Of a DNA stretch of 64,000 nt, positions 40,261 to 49,508 are shown in pieces (the first letter of the stretch is position 1; every line of letters begins with the position of its first letter). Under the pieces are notes generated by a model. It was not told the origin of the DNA, ran no database searches, and saw nothing but the letters and a program-made list of their open reading frames with translations. Source of the stretch: Candidatus Eiseniibacteriota bacterium (GTDB lineage: Bacteria; Eisenbacteria; RBG-16-71-46; CAZEPH01); contig JBGATO010000014.1 in the NCBI GenBank assembly GCA_044229145.1, positions 1 through 64,000 of the forward strand. Direction: 5' to 3'. Position numbers and translations under genes: made by a program.

Positions 40261-42648
40261 CTACGGCACCAGCACGATCCGGCGTGCGTCGCTCGCCCCG
40301 CGCGACGTGGCGCGCAGGAAGTACACACCGCGCGGCACCGCGCGGCCTTCGCCATCACGTCCGTCCCAGCGCGCGGCGAGCACGCCGGCCGGACGCGGCC
40401 CGTTCACCAGCTCGCGCACCAAGCGGCCGCTGGCGTCGGTGACCACCACGGACACGAAGCCGGCTTCACCCAACGTCACGGCGAACGACACCGCGCCGCG
40501 GCTCGGCGACGGCGCCACCGCCGCGAAGGCGATCGCCGCGTGCGGCGCGCCCGGCGTGAGGTCGATGCCAGTGGTGGTGCAGATGTTCCAGTTCAGCGCC
40601 ACCACCTGCGGGCTGCCGACCGTCGACGAGTCGTTCAACGCCAGCGAGCGGTTCGGCTGCGAGCCGAGACACTCGTACGCGCCCTTGAACCACAGCTTGT
40701 AGTCCAAGTACTTGTAGCTCGAGTCGGGGAACGTGACGGTGCCCGAGTAGATGCCGTCGCCCGCCGTGAGGTCCGGCGCGACGCCGTTGTCGAGCAGACG
40801 GCTCGCCACCAGCGGCGGCTGGTCCCAGCTGAGCGGCGACAACGCGCCGTTCACGAACAGCGAGTCCGACGCCGTGTGCGCCTGCGTCATGTACTGCGTG
40901 TTGACGCGCCAGGTCACGGCGATCGGGTGCCCGGTGTGGTCGCAGCGGCTGTAGTAAGCCAACGGCAACACCTGCACCGCGGTGGTGTCGAAGTGCACGT
41001 CGTCGATCGTGAACGAGCGGTTCGGCTGCCCGTCGCTGCACTCGAACGCGCCGTTGAACAAGAACTTGTACTGCACGTCCTTGAACGACGCGGCCGGGAA
41101 GCGCACGCGGCCGGTGTAGATCTTGTCGCCCGCCACCGCGTCGCCGTTGGTGCCGGTGTCGTACAGCGTGGTCGACGACGGCACGTTCCAGTTGAGCGGG
41201 TTCTGGTCGCCATCGAGCGTGACGATGTCGCTCACCGTCGGGTTGAGCGCCGCCATGTCGATGGTGAACTTCACGTCGACCGCCTTGGTGGTGTAGTTCG
41301 CCGGAGCGAGGTCGTTCCACCAGATCTCGAGCGTGTCGGTGCCGGTGTTCTGGTTCAACTGGAGCACGTGGTTGCTGATGCTCTCCCACTCGGTGCAAGT
41401 GTGGGTGAGCTTGTACTCCATCTGCACGCTGCCGCTGCTGGTCGCGCAGACGTCCGGGATGTTGAAGTAGGCATCGCCGGTGTAGACCGAGTCGCCGTCG
41501 ACGTCGCTCAGCGGGTAGTCGCAGGTCGGGTCCCAGGTCAGCGGCGACAGGCTGCCTTCCCAGCCCACCGTGTTCGGCGGTACCGAGTGCGTGCGCAGGT
41601 GCAGGTTCAGATGCGCGCGCATGTAGATGTGCGCGAGCGCGAAGCACGCCACGTTGGTCGAATTGTTGGCGACGATGGTGTTGTTCGCCTTGTCCTTCAC
41701 GCCGGTGACGGTCAGCTTGACGTTGCTGCCCACCGGCAGCGTCGACGTGCGCAAGGTAACCTGCGCGCTGTCGCTGCTGCTGCGGGTGGCGGCGATGACG
41801 CTGACGCCGCCGGTGAACGTGTAGCTGCCGATCGTCTCTGCGGTGGTCTTGTCGACCGGCTCGCTGAAGGTCACGAGCACCGAGTCCATCGGCGCGCTGC
41901 CGGACGCCGACGCGCCGAGCACGGTCGGCGGCGTGGTGTCGGCACCGCTGTTGCGCGGCACGTTGGTGGAGTTCGACAGGATGGCCTTGGTGACCCAGTC
42001 GGTGGCGTTCCAGTCCTCGGCCGGGTTGTTGACGGTGTCCTGCGCGTTGTCCGACGCACCGCCGCCGGTGGCGTAAACCTCACACCAAATCTGCGACGGA
42101 TCGCCGATGCGCGAACGCGCGATCTTCCACTCGATCGCCGACGTCGTGCCGGTGCTGATCGCCGCGGCATCGGCGGAACCGCTGCCCGACCACGAGGCGC
42201 CGCCCCACACCCACAACTGCGTGTGGTTGGCGCCGTACGGCGGCGAGTCCACCCAGCCGTTGATGCTGTACTCCGGCTTGTGCGGATCGAGCACGCCGAC
42301 GTTGCGGCCCCACGCATCGGTGGTGGCCCCGCTGGCGGCGACGCCGTTGGTGTCGATGTAGAGGATGTACTTCCCCCAGTTCGTCGTGCCGATGTTGGCG
42401 TTGACGGTGAAGTAGAAGTACCAGTACGTCGCGTCATTGCAGACGTACAGCTTGCCGAGGTCCATCACCGCGTTGCCCTGCGGTGCCCCGGTGCCATCGG
42501 TGGCTTCCGCCGCGCCGTAGACGGCATCGAGCGTGCCGTCCACGGTGGGCGTGCCAAAGCCGCGCGATTCGGCGAGCCGCGGCTGTGCCGCGACGACCAC
42601 GCCGACGAAGCCCGCCACGAGCGCGAGCTTCCCCCAAGTCCTACGCAT
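40261..42648 (-). CDS. Secreted multidomain protein: DOMON/CBM9-like, Ig-like, three CBM20/choice-of-anchor-X-like repeats, FlgD-Ig C-terminal domain
   Basis: Signal peptide; FSEPVD Ig; repeats PL(T/N/S)W..L.D.G..GD.(V/I)Y(T/S)G...YK; WDGRDGEGRAVPRGVYF; GAGGAGGAGG RBS. Confidence 0.75.
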   Translation of the reverse strand: MRRTWGKLALVAGFVGVVVAAQPRLAESRGFGTPTVDGTLDAVYGAAEATDGTGAPQGNAVMDLGKLYVCNDATYWYFYFTVNANIGTTNWGKYILYIDTNGVAASGATTDAWGRNVGVLDPHKPEYSINGWVDSPPYGANHTQLWVWGGASWSGSGSADAAAISTGTTSAIEWKIARSRIGDPSQIWCEVYATGGGASDNAQDTVNNPAEDWNATDWVTKAILSNSTNVPRNSGADTTPPTVLGASASGSAPMDSVLVTFSEPVDKTTAETIGSYTFTGGVSVIAATRSSSDSAQVTLRTSTLPVGSNVKLTVTGVKDKANNTIVANNSTNVACFALAHIYMRAHLNLHLRTHSVPPNTVGWEGSLSPLTWDPTCDYPLSDVDGDSVYTGDAYFNIPDVCATSSGSVQMEYKLTHTCTEWESISNHVLQLNQNTGTDTLEIWWNDLAPANYTTKAVDVKFTIDMAALNPTVSDIVTLDGDQNPLNWNVPSSTTLYDTGTNGDAVAGDKIYTGRVRFPAASFKDVQYKFLFNGAFECSDGQPNRSFTIDDVHFDTTAVQVLPLAYYSRCDHTGHPIAVTWRVNTQYMTQAHTASDSLFVNGALSPLSWDQPPLVASRLLDNGVAPDLTAGDGIYSGTVTFPDSSYKYLDYKLWFKGAYECLGSQPNRSLALNDSSTVGSPQVVALNWNICTTTGIDLTPGAPHAAIAFAAVAPSPSRGAVSFAVTLGEAGFVSVVVTDASGRLVRELVNGPRPAGVLAARWDGRDGEGRAVPRGVYFLRATSRGASDARRIVLVP

Positions 42649-42708
42649 GATGCGTGTCCTCCTCCTCACGGTGTGCGAGCGGTTCGCCGAGCGCGCGTCC
42701 GTGGCGAT

Positions 42709-43491
42709 TTAGCGGTAGAGCGCCTTGATGCCACCCCAGCTCTTCGCCTCCACCGGCGTCGGGCAGTTGGTGGTGTAGCTCACGTAGTTGGTCGGGTGGC
42801 TCGCGAAGCAGTTGATGCCATCGACGTCCCAGCAGGTGTTGGACAGCGTGCTGCGCTGCTCGCCGTTGTTGGCCAACAGGTCGAACGCGGCCTTCGAGCA
42901 GCCTTCCTGCGTCACCCACGACTCGAGGCGGATGGTGGTCGCGCATCCCGGGCCACTCGGGAAACCGAGGTCGGCCCAGCTGATCGCGAGTTCGACGAAG
43001 TTGCCGCCGTCGGCGTCCCAGATGCCGAGGCCGTTCGAACCGTCGTGCACCGTGTTCCAGCCACCGCTGCCGTTCGCGGCGTACATCACCTCGTAGTTGT
43101 AGCCGTTGCAGTTGGTCGGGATCACGTCGTAGATGTAGAAGTCCGGCGGCGACGCTTCCCCGCTCCAGTCGAGTTGACGGCAGAACGGGTCGCTGCTGGT
43201 GCCGCCCACCTGCGTGTCGATCGCCCAGCCGAGGTTGATGTCGCAGAAGCACCCGCGCGCGTACTTCATGCCGATGTAGACATTCGTGTTGTCGTGCGTG
43301 ATGTAGAGATTCTGGATGTCGAGCGGGTACGCGTCGCAGAAACCCTGCGTGTCGATGCCGTCGACGAGCGGGGTGATGGCCTGCGAGGTGAAGTCGCTCT
43401 CGTTGCCGGTGAAGGTGATGGTCGCGGCGTGCGCGAGCGAGGCGACGGACAGGACAGCGAGAGCGGTGAGTGCGGCGTGCGCCAGTTTCAT
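42709..43491 (-). CDS. Secreted Cys-rich DOMON/CBM9-like protein with C-terminal SWGxIKALYR tail
   Basis: Signal peptide (SLAHA); LYITHD..NVYIG..AIDT; ends TPVEAKSWGGIKALYR; GAGGAG RBS. Confidence 0.75.
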   Translation of the reverse strand: MKLAHAALTALAVLSVASLAHAATITFTGNESDFTSQAITPLVDGIDTQGFCDAYPLDIQNLYITHDNTNVYIGMKYARGCFCDINLGWAIDTQVGGTSSDPFCRQLDWSGEASPPDFYIYDVIPTNCNGYNYEVMYAANGSGGWNTVHDGSNGLGIWDADGGNFVELAISWADLGFPSGPGCATTIRLESWVTQEGCSKAAFDLLANNGEQRSTLSNTCWDVDGINCFASHPTNYVSYTTNCPTPVEAKSWGGIKALYR

Positions 43492-43635
43492 GGAGAGGAT
43501 CTCCTCTACGTTGCGGGACGTGGGTGCGTGAGTGGAGCAACTCGCCCGTCGCGGGACATCTTCCGGCACGCCAGCACGCATGGGATGCGGCCGAGGTCGG
43601 GGCGGAGGGATGCACCGCGACTGGGGCACGACAGC

Positions 43636-43651
43636 GGTAGAGCGGTCTACC
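43636..43651. promoter_or_regulatory. LacI-type operator palindrome
   Basis: GGTAGAGCGGTCTACC, central CG, immediately downstream of the -10 box. Confidence 0.7.
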
Positions 43652-43658
43652 TATGACA

Positions 43659-43688
43659 ACCCTACCACCGACGCCGGTACCGATTCAA
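43659..43688 (-). promoter_or_regulatory. sigma70 promoter of the satellite operon
   Basis: TTGAAT-18 nt-TAGGGT. Confidence 0.55.
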
Positions 43689-43691
43689 CCA

Positions 43692-45002
43692 CTACCGCAG
43701 TCGCAGTGATCGCCGGGCGAGCCGTGCCTGGAGCAGCGGCGGGGTGAGCAGCGTGGTCACCGTCACCATGAGCACCACGGCGGCAAACACCTCCGGGCCA
43801 ATCACCGGCTGGCCCGCCACCCGGAGCTGGGAGCCCACCCCCGCAAAGATCAACCCGACCTCCCCGCGCGGCAACATGCCGATCCCGACCGTCCACGGGT
43901 CGGCGCCCGTCCGCCACACGCCACCAGCGGACGCCAGCTTGCCGGCCACCCCGACCACCGTCAGGACGACTCCAAACCCTAGGATGTCCGGCCGGGCGAT
44001 GGCCGCCAGATCCACCCGCATTCCCATGAGCACGAAGAACACCGGCACCAGGAACGCCCGCAGCGGCCCGAACATCTCTTCGAGCGACGCCCCGCGGACG
44101 TCGCGCGCCCGCAGCCGCTCGTAGTGCGCCTCCTCGATGAACAATCCCGCGGCGAACGCGCCCACGATCGGCGCCAATCCGGCGGCGCCGGCCAGCCACG
44201 CTCCCGCGAGGCATGCCGCCAGCGCGCCGGCGAACAGCGTCCCCTCGCCCGGCAGCCGCGCCACGAGCGCGAACCAGCGGCCCGCGAGCCATCGACCCGC
44301 GAACAGCGCTACCCCGACGAAGCCGAGACATTTCGCCGCCACCAGCAGCATGCCCGCGGCCGACAGCGCCGCGCCGTCCGCACGCGCCTCGATCGCTCCC
44401 GCGATCAGCGCCAGCACCAGCAAGCCGAGGACATCGTCGAGAACTGCCGCGCCGAGCACGATGCGCCCCTCGAGGCTGGCCGTCTGGCGTGCGTCGGCGA
44501 GTACCCGCGCGGTGATGCCGATGCTGGTGGCCGTCAAGACGCCGCCGAGAAACCACTGCGACAGGCTGGACGAGCCGGGAAACCACGCGGCCGCCACTGC
44601 CCACCCGGCGAACAGCGGCACCGCGACCCCGAGCACCGCGACCCGCAGGGCCGCGCCGCCGACACTGCGCAAGGCGGCCAGCTGCGACTCGAGCCCGACG
44701 GTGAAGAGCAAGAGCAGGCTGCCGATCTGGCCGAGGAAATCGAGTCCGGGATCGTCGCGCACGAACGCCAACTCGCGGATCCCGAGAAGTGGGAGATTAC
44801 CGAGCGCCACGCCGGCGCACACTTCACCGAGGACGGCGGGGAGCCGCCAGGCGGAAAACACCGCGCCGCCGAGGGTGGCGGCCGCGACCACGACGAACAG
44901 GGCACCGACGACGGGAAGCAGGGCGTGCGCGCTCCCCTCGTCCGCCGCGGGAGCCGATGCTCCGAGCGACGCCACCGCTGCCAGCACCACCAGTGCCGGC
45001 AC
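43692..45002 (-). CDS. CPA2 cation:proton antiporter (NapA-like)
   Basis: PAVLGEV, ATSIGITARVL, AAVLDDV, GAFAAG, PRGEVG; start uncertain. Confidence 0.9.
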   Translation of the reverse strand: MPALVVLAAVASLGASAPAADEGSAHALLPVVGALFVVVAAATLGGAVFSAWRLPAVLGEVCAGVALGNLPLLGIRELAFVRDDPGLDFLGQIGSLLLLFTVGLESQLAALRSVGGAALRVAVLGVAVPLFAGWAVAAAWFPGSSSLSQWFLGGVLTATSIGITARVLADARQTASLEGRIVLGAAVLDDVLGLLVLALIAGAIEARADGAALSAAGMLLVAAKCLGFVGVALFAGRWLAGRWFALVARLPGEGTLFAGALAACLAGAWLAGAAGLAPIVGAFAAGLFIEEAHYERLRARDVRGASLEEMFGPLRAFLVPVFFVLMGMRVDLAAIARPDILGFGVVLTVVGVAGKLASAGGVWRTGADPWTVGIGMLPRGEVGLIFAGVGSQLRVAGQPVIGPEVFAAVVLMVTVTTLLTPPLLQARLARRSLRLR

Positions 45003-45039
45003 CAGGACGCGCCGAGTCAGCTCCCGCCTCCGCGCGTGG

Positions 45040-45858
45040 CTAGAGACGCGTTCCGCGACGCGGCGACAACACCAACGGATTGCGCGCGATGTGCAGACCG
45101 ATCTGCAAGCGGTCCTGCAAGCCGAGCTTGGTGAGGATGTGCCCGACGTGCTTCTTGACCGTCGCCTCGCTGATCGATAGCGCGCTCGCGATCTCCTTGT
45201 TCGAACGGCCCGATGCGATGAGGTCGGCAACTTCCAGCTCGCGCTGCGACAGCAGCGGCGAGTTGTTGTCGTGGCGGCCAGTGGCCCGCGCCACCAGACG
45301 CTGCGCGGTCCCGCTCTCGTACCACGCGTTGCCCGAGGCCACTTCGCGAATCGCGCGGAAGAATTCGTCCGGCGTCGAGTTCCGGCGGATCGCACCCAGC
45401 GCGCCGTCGACCACCGCGAGCTCGAGACACTCGGTCTGGAGGTCGCAGTCTTCGTGGTGCTGGATGACGGGGATCGAACTCAACACGCGGGGCGGATTCA
45501 ACACCATGCAGTGGGCGCTGCCGCGTTCGGCGACCGCGAGGATCTTGGCGTCGTGGATCACCTCGCGCATCTTCGCCACCGCACCGGCGCCCATGATGTC
45601 GGGCATGCGCATCGCCGTGATGATGACGTCCGGATGATGCACGCGCGCCTTGTCGATGGCTTCTTGGACGGTCAGGGCCTCGCCCACGACCTCGAAGTCG
45701 GTCTGCGTCGACAGGAGCCCAATCATACCCGCGCGGTCCATTGCTTGATCGTCGGCGACCAGGATTCGAATCGCTGCGCGAGGTGCCACCTTTGTCGCCC
45801 CGTTGCGTTGCGGAGCACTCCGTTGCGCGCGGGACGATCCATTCGTCTGCTTGGGCAC
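45040..45858 (-). CDS. NarL/LuxR-family regulator with atypical receiver domain
   Basis: ILVADD, VVGEA; LuxR HTH LSQRELEV..G.SNKEIA..L.ISEATVKKH; AGGAGGT RBS. Confidence 0.88.
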   Translation of the reverse strand: MPKQTNGSSRAQRSAPQRNGATKVAPRAAIRILVADDQAMDRAGMIGLLSTQTDFEVVGEALTVQEAIDKARVHHPDVIITAMRMPDIMGAGAVAKMREVIHDAKILAVAERGSAHCMVLNPPRVLSSIPVIQHHEDCDLQTECLELAVVDGALGAIRRNSTPDEFFRAIREVASGNAWYESGTAQRLVARATGRHDNNSPLLSQRELEVADLIASGRSNKEIASALSISEATVKKHVGHILTKLGLQDRLQIGLHIARNPLVLSPRRGTRL

Positions 45859-45920
45859 AGTCCACCTCCTGGGATCAGCCGCATGTCCGCATGGGGGCCG
45901 AGGACAGCGACTTCAGAAGC

Positions 45921-45949
45921 ATTGTAGGCAGAGACTTCAGCCGCCGCAA
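45921..45949 (-). promoter_or_regulatory. sigma70 promoter of the LuxR regulator
   Basis: TTGCGG-17 nt-TACAAT; CTGAAGTC direct repeats flank the -10. Confidence 0.55.
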
Positions 45950-46002
45950 GCCTTCGCGGAGTAGACAGGAGACGTAGCCCAAACGCGAAAGGTATACGAC
46001 TT

Positions 46003-46842
46003 TTAGCCCTTCACGCCCCCCACCGTCAGGCCCCCGACCAGATAGCGATTGAGCACGAGGAACAGGGCGACCGCGGGCGCAGAGACCAGGAGGCTGCCGG
46101 CGGCGTAGGTCGCCCACTCGGTCATGAAGCTCGATTGCAGGCCCGCCAACCCCAGCGGCAACGTGTTGAGCGCAGCCGTGTGCAGGATGACGCGCGCCAC
46201 CATGTACTCGGCCCAGCCCGCCATGAAGGAGAACAGGGCGGTCACCGCGAGGCCCGGAGTGGCCAGCGGCAAGGCGACGCGCCAGAACGCGCCGATCTGC
46301 GAGGCGCCGTCGATACGCGCCGCCTCCTCGAGCGCTAGCGGGATGGTGTCGTAGTAGCCCTTCATCGTCCACACGCAGAACGGCAGCGCGGTGGCCGAGT
46401 ACGCGATCATCAGCCCGTAGAGCGTGTCGAGCAAATGCAAGCTCTGCATCAACACGTAGAGCGGCACCAGCACCATCGTCGCCGGGAACATCTGCGTCAC
46501 CAGCAAACCGATCAGCCCCGCCTTCTTCCCCACGAAGCGGAAGCGGCTGAACGCGTAGCCGGCGAAGGCGGCGAGGATCACCGAAATCGTCGTCACCGCA
46601 ACGGTGACCAGCACACTGTTGCGCAGCCACAGCAGGAACGGCCGCTTGCTCAGGAGATCTCCGTATGCGGCGAACGTCGCGTCGTTCGGCACGATGCGTA
46701 GCGACGTCGAGAGCAGTTGGTTCGCCGGCCGCAGCGAGATGCCGAACACCACCAGAACCGGGTACACGGCGAGGAACGCGGCGAGCGCGAGGAAGGCGTA
46801 GCTCGCGATGTCCTGCGTCACCCGCGCGCGCTTCACCGTCAC
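46003..46842 (-). CDS. malG: Maltose/maltodextrin ABC permease
   Basis: QMFP, KGYYDTIP.ALEEAARIDGA EAA loop, GLTVGGVKG. Confidence 0.88.
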   Translation of the reverse strand: MTVKRARVTQDIASYAFLALAAFLAVYPVLVVFGISLRPANQLLSTSLRIVPNDATFAAYGDLLSKRPFLLWLRNSVLVTVAVTTISVILAAFAGYAFSRFRFVGKKAGLIGLLVTQMFPATMVLVPLYVLMQSLHLLDTLYGLMIAYSATALPFCVWTMKGYYDTIPLALEEAARIDGASQIGAFWRVALPLATPGLAVTALFSFMAGWAEYMVARVILHTAALNTLPLGLAGLQSSFMTEWATYAAGSLLVSAPAVALFLVLNRYLVGGLTVGGVKG

Positions 46843-47735
46843 GACAGCACCTCCGCCGAGCGGTTCACGCGGAACCACAGCAGGATGAAGAACAGCAGGA
46901 TGAAGAAGATGACGACGCTGAACGCGGCGGCGTAGGAATAGTCGTAGTAGTTGAAGGCCGCCTTATAGACGTAGGTCACCAGGATGCGCGTCTTGTCGGC
47001 CGGCTGCCCGCCGTCGGTGACCAGCCAGATCACGTTCAGGTTGTTGAACGTCCAGATGGTGCCGAGCGCCACTGCGGGCGCCATCACCGGCTGCAGGAAC
47101 GGCAGCGTGATGCGGGTGAGCCGTGTCCACCAGCCGGCACCGTCGATGTCGGCGGATTCGTAGACTTCGCGCGGAATGCCCTGCAAGCCGCCGAGCGCCA
47201 CCACCATCATGAACGGCACGCCGAGCCACACGTTGGCGATGATCGGCGCGATGAACGCCCACGTCGCCTGCGAGAACCATGGCACCGGCGGTGCGTGGAA
47301 CAATCGCGTGAGAATCAGATTCACCGCGCCGTATTCGTGGTTGAACATGCCGCGCCAGGTGAGCGCGGTGATGTATTGCGGCAATGCCCACGGCAGGATC
47401 AGCAGCGTGCGAAAGATCGCGCGTCCGCGCAACGGCCGGTCGAGCACCAGCGCCAGCGCGATGCCGAAGGTCACGTGCAGGACGATGTTCACCACCGTCC
47501 ACAACACGGTCTTGCCGAGCACTTCGTAGAGCACCGGCTCCTGGAAGATGCGCGCGAAGTGGCGCAGCCCGACGAACTGGGTGTCGTGGATGTGATAGAG
47601 GTTCATGTTGCGGAAGGCGAGCCAGAACGTATAGCAGAACGGGTACAGCACCACGGTGGCGAGGATGGCCACCGTGGGCAGCACCAGCAGGTACGGCAGG
47701 AGTTGGAACGAGCGCGCCGGGCCGCGGACGGTCAT
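46839..47735 (-). CDS. malF: Maltose/maltodextrin ABC permease
   Basis: ILPWALP, NVWLGVPF, YESADIDGA, FNNLNVI. Confidence 0.88.
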   Translation of the reverse strand: MTVRGPARSFQLLPYLLVLPTVAILATVVLYPFCYTFWLAFRNMNLYHIHDTQFVGLRHFARIFQEPVLYEVLGKTVLWTVVNIVLHVTFGIALALVLDRPLRGRAIFRTLLILPWALPQYITALTWRGMFNHEYGAVNLILTRLFHAPPVPWFSQATWAFIAPIIANVWLGVPFMMVVALGGLQGIPREVYESADIDGAGWWTRLTRITLPFLQPVMAPAVALGTIWTFNNLNVIWLVTDGGQPADKTRILVTYVYKAAFNYYDYSYAAAFSVVIFFILLFFILLWFRVNRSAEVLS

Positions 47736-47751
47736 GAGAGGAATGCCGCCG

Positions 47752-49017
47752 CTACTTCGCCATCGCCGCGATCTTCTCGACCGCGTCCTTCTGCATGGCC
47801 TTCGCGGCGGTCGCGGGATCCGCGGTGCCGTTCATCACGTTCTGCATCTGTGGACGCATGGCGTCCCAGATCACACGCATCTCCGGAGCCACCGGCATGC
47901 GGCGGCCGACCGTGGCCTGATCGAGCGCGCCCGCGAGGATCGGGTCGCTCTTGACCGGCGAGTCGCCGTCGTAGCATTCGCGGCGGCTCGGCAGCGTCCG
48001 CGCCGACCGCGTGTAGCGCATCTCGTTCTCGGGCGACGTCAGCCACTGCAGCAGATCGACGACCAGCGGCTTCTTCGCCTCGGCGAGGTGCGCGTTCACG
48101 TAGTAGCCGCGGCCGGAGATCATCGGCTGGGCCCACACACCCGGCGACACCTGCGGAATGCGCGCCACCTGGATCGGCAGCTTCTTCTGCAGGTAGCCCT
48201 CCATGCCCCACAATCCATTGATGATCATCGCCGCGCGGCCTTCCTTGAAGAGCCCGTCGGCGGTGTTGTAGTCGCACTCCTTCGGCATGATGCCTTCGGC
48301 CTTGAAGCGCTTGCACAGCGCGAGCGCGTTCTGCATTGCCGGCGTGTCGAGCGTCGGCTTCGACTGCGCATCCATCACCCAGCCGCCGGAGCCGCCGAGG
48401 AACGGGATCAGCCAGAACGGTTCGGTGGTATTGAACACGAGACCGTAGATCTCCGGCGTGCCGTCGCCGGTGGAGTCGTGCGTGGCCGCCTTCGCCATCG
48501 CAATCATCTCATCGACGGTCTGCGGCGGATGTGCGACGAGCTTGGTGTTGCAGAACATCATCAGGTGGTTGCCGAACTGGTCCGGCACCTGCCACACGTG
48601 CCCGCCGATGGTGTCGAGCGCCGCCGGCAGGAACGTGTCGAACGTGCCTTTCGGCATGAAGTCGTCCGCAGGTTGCACGATCTGCATGATCGAGAACGGG
48701 CCGGCATTGTCCGAGGGACCGTACACCAGTTCGGGGCCGCCGCCGGCTTGCGCCGCGGTCTGGAACTGGTTGCGCACTTCCTCCGGTGTGAAGTGCTCGG
48801 TGGTGATCTTGACGCCTGCGTGCTGCGCTTCGTACTCGCGCAGCAGCGTGTCGAGCACCGCCTTCTCGCCGGGATCCATGTACTCCCACAGCGTCACCGC
48901 CTTGGCGCCGTCGCCGCCTTTGCTCTTGCCGCCGCAGCCGGCCACCGTCATACATGCCACCGCGGCGAGCGCGCACAGCGCCGCCCACTCTCGCGTCCGC
49001 ACCACCCGCATCCGCAT
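47752..49017 (-). CDS. malE: Maltodextrin-binding lipoprotein (SBP family 1)
   Basis: Lipobox VAG-C; GGGPEL, F..G.AAMIING.W, MP.APEM..IW. Confidence 0.85.
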   Translation of the reverse strand: MRMRVVRTREWAALCALAAVACMTVAGCGGKSKGGDGAKAVTLWEYMDPGEKAVLDTLLREYEAQHAGVKITTEHFTPEEVRNQFQTAAQAGGGPELVYGPSDNAGPFSIMQIVQPADDFMPKGTFDTFLPAALDTIGGHVWQVPDQFGNHLMMFCNTKLVAHPPQTVDEMIAMAKAATHDSTGDGTPEIYGLVFNTTEPFWLIPFLGGSGGWVMDAQSKPTLDTPAMQNALALCKRFKAEGIMPKECDYNTADGLFKEGRAAMIINGLWGMEGYLQKKLPIQVARIPQVSPGVWAQPMISGRGYYVNAHLAEAKKPLVVDLLQWLTSPENEMRYTRSARTLPSRRECYDGDSPVKSDPILAGALDQATVGRRMPVAPEMRVIWDAMRPQMQNVMNGTADPATAAKAMQKDAVEKIAAMAK

Positions 49018-49036
49018 CGCCATCCTCTCGAATCGG

Positions 49037-49477
49037 TCAGTCGACGTGGACGACGGAGTTCTTGCCGCCGTAGCCATCGTCGGAGCTCTTGGGGTTTTCC
49101 GGGTCCGGCTTCCAATCGCTGCCGTTGACCACGAACTTGTATTGGTGGTCGCCCGCCGTCAACGGGAGCACCAGGGTCCAGATGTCGCCGTCGCCCTTCT
49201 TCAGCATGTTGGCACTCGTCGACCACGCGTTGAAATCGCCGGCCAGCGCCACCGATTGCGCGGCGCCGGCGCGATACGAGAACAGCCAACCGCCGTCCAC
49301 CTTGTGCGGGGCCAGCGCGCTGGCGAGCACCGGCGTCGCCGACGCGGCCGGCTGCGGCGTCGCGCCGGCAGACGCATCGGGGGCACCCGCCACCGGCGGG
49401 AGCGCGGCACACCCCGCCAGCGCGGCCGCGACGGCCACCACGCCGGCCGCCAGAGCGCATCGCATCACTTGCATCAT
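49037..49477 (-). CDS. Lipoprotein with a single CBM48 (AMPK-type glycogen-binding) domain
   Basis: Lipobox LAG-C; VALAGDFNAW, YKFVVNG..W.PDPENP..DDGYGG.NSV. Confidence 0.85.
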   Translation of the reverse strand: MMQVMRCALAAGVVAVAAALAGCAALPPVAGAPDASAGATPQPAASATPVLASALAPHKVDGGWLFSYRAGAAQSVALAGDFNAWSTSANMLKKGDGDIWTLVLPLTAGDHQYKFVVNGSDWKPDPENPKSSDDGYGGKNSVVHVD

Positions 49478-49508
49478 CGTCGATCTCCCTTTCGGATGAG
49501 TGGCCCGG

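Noticed and set aside
43531..43546. Third operator copy AGTGGAGCAACTCGCC
   Set aside because: Only the left half matches; central CG and symmetry are lost
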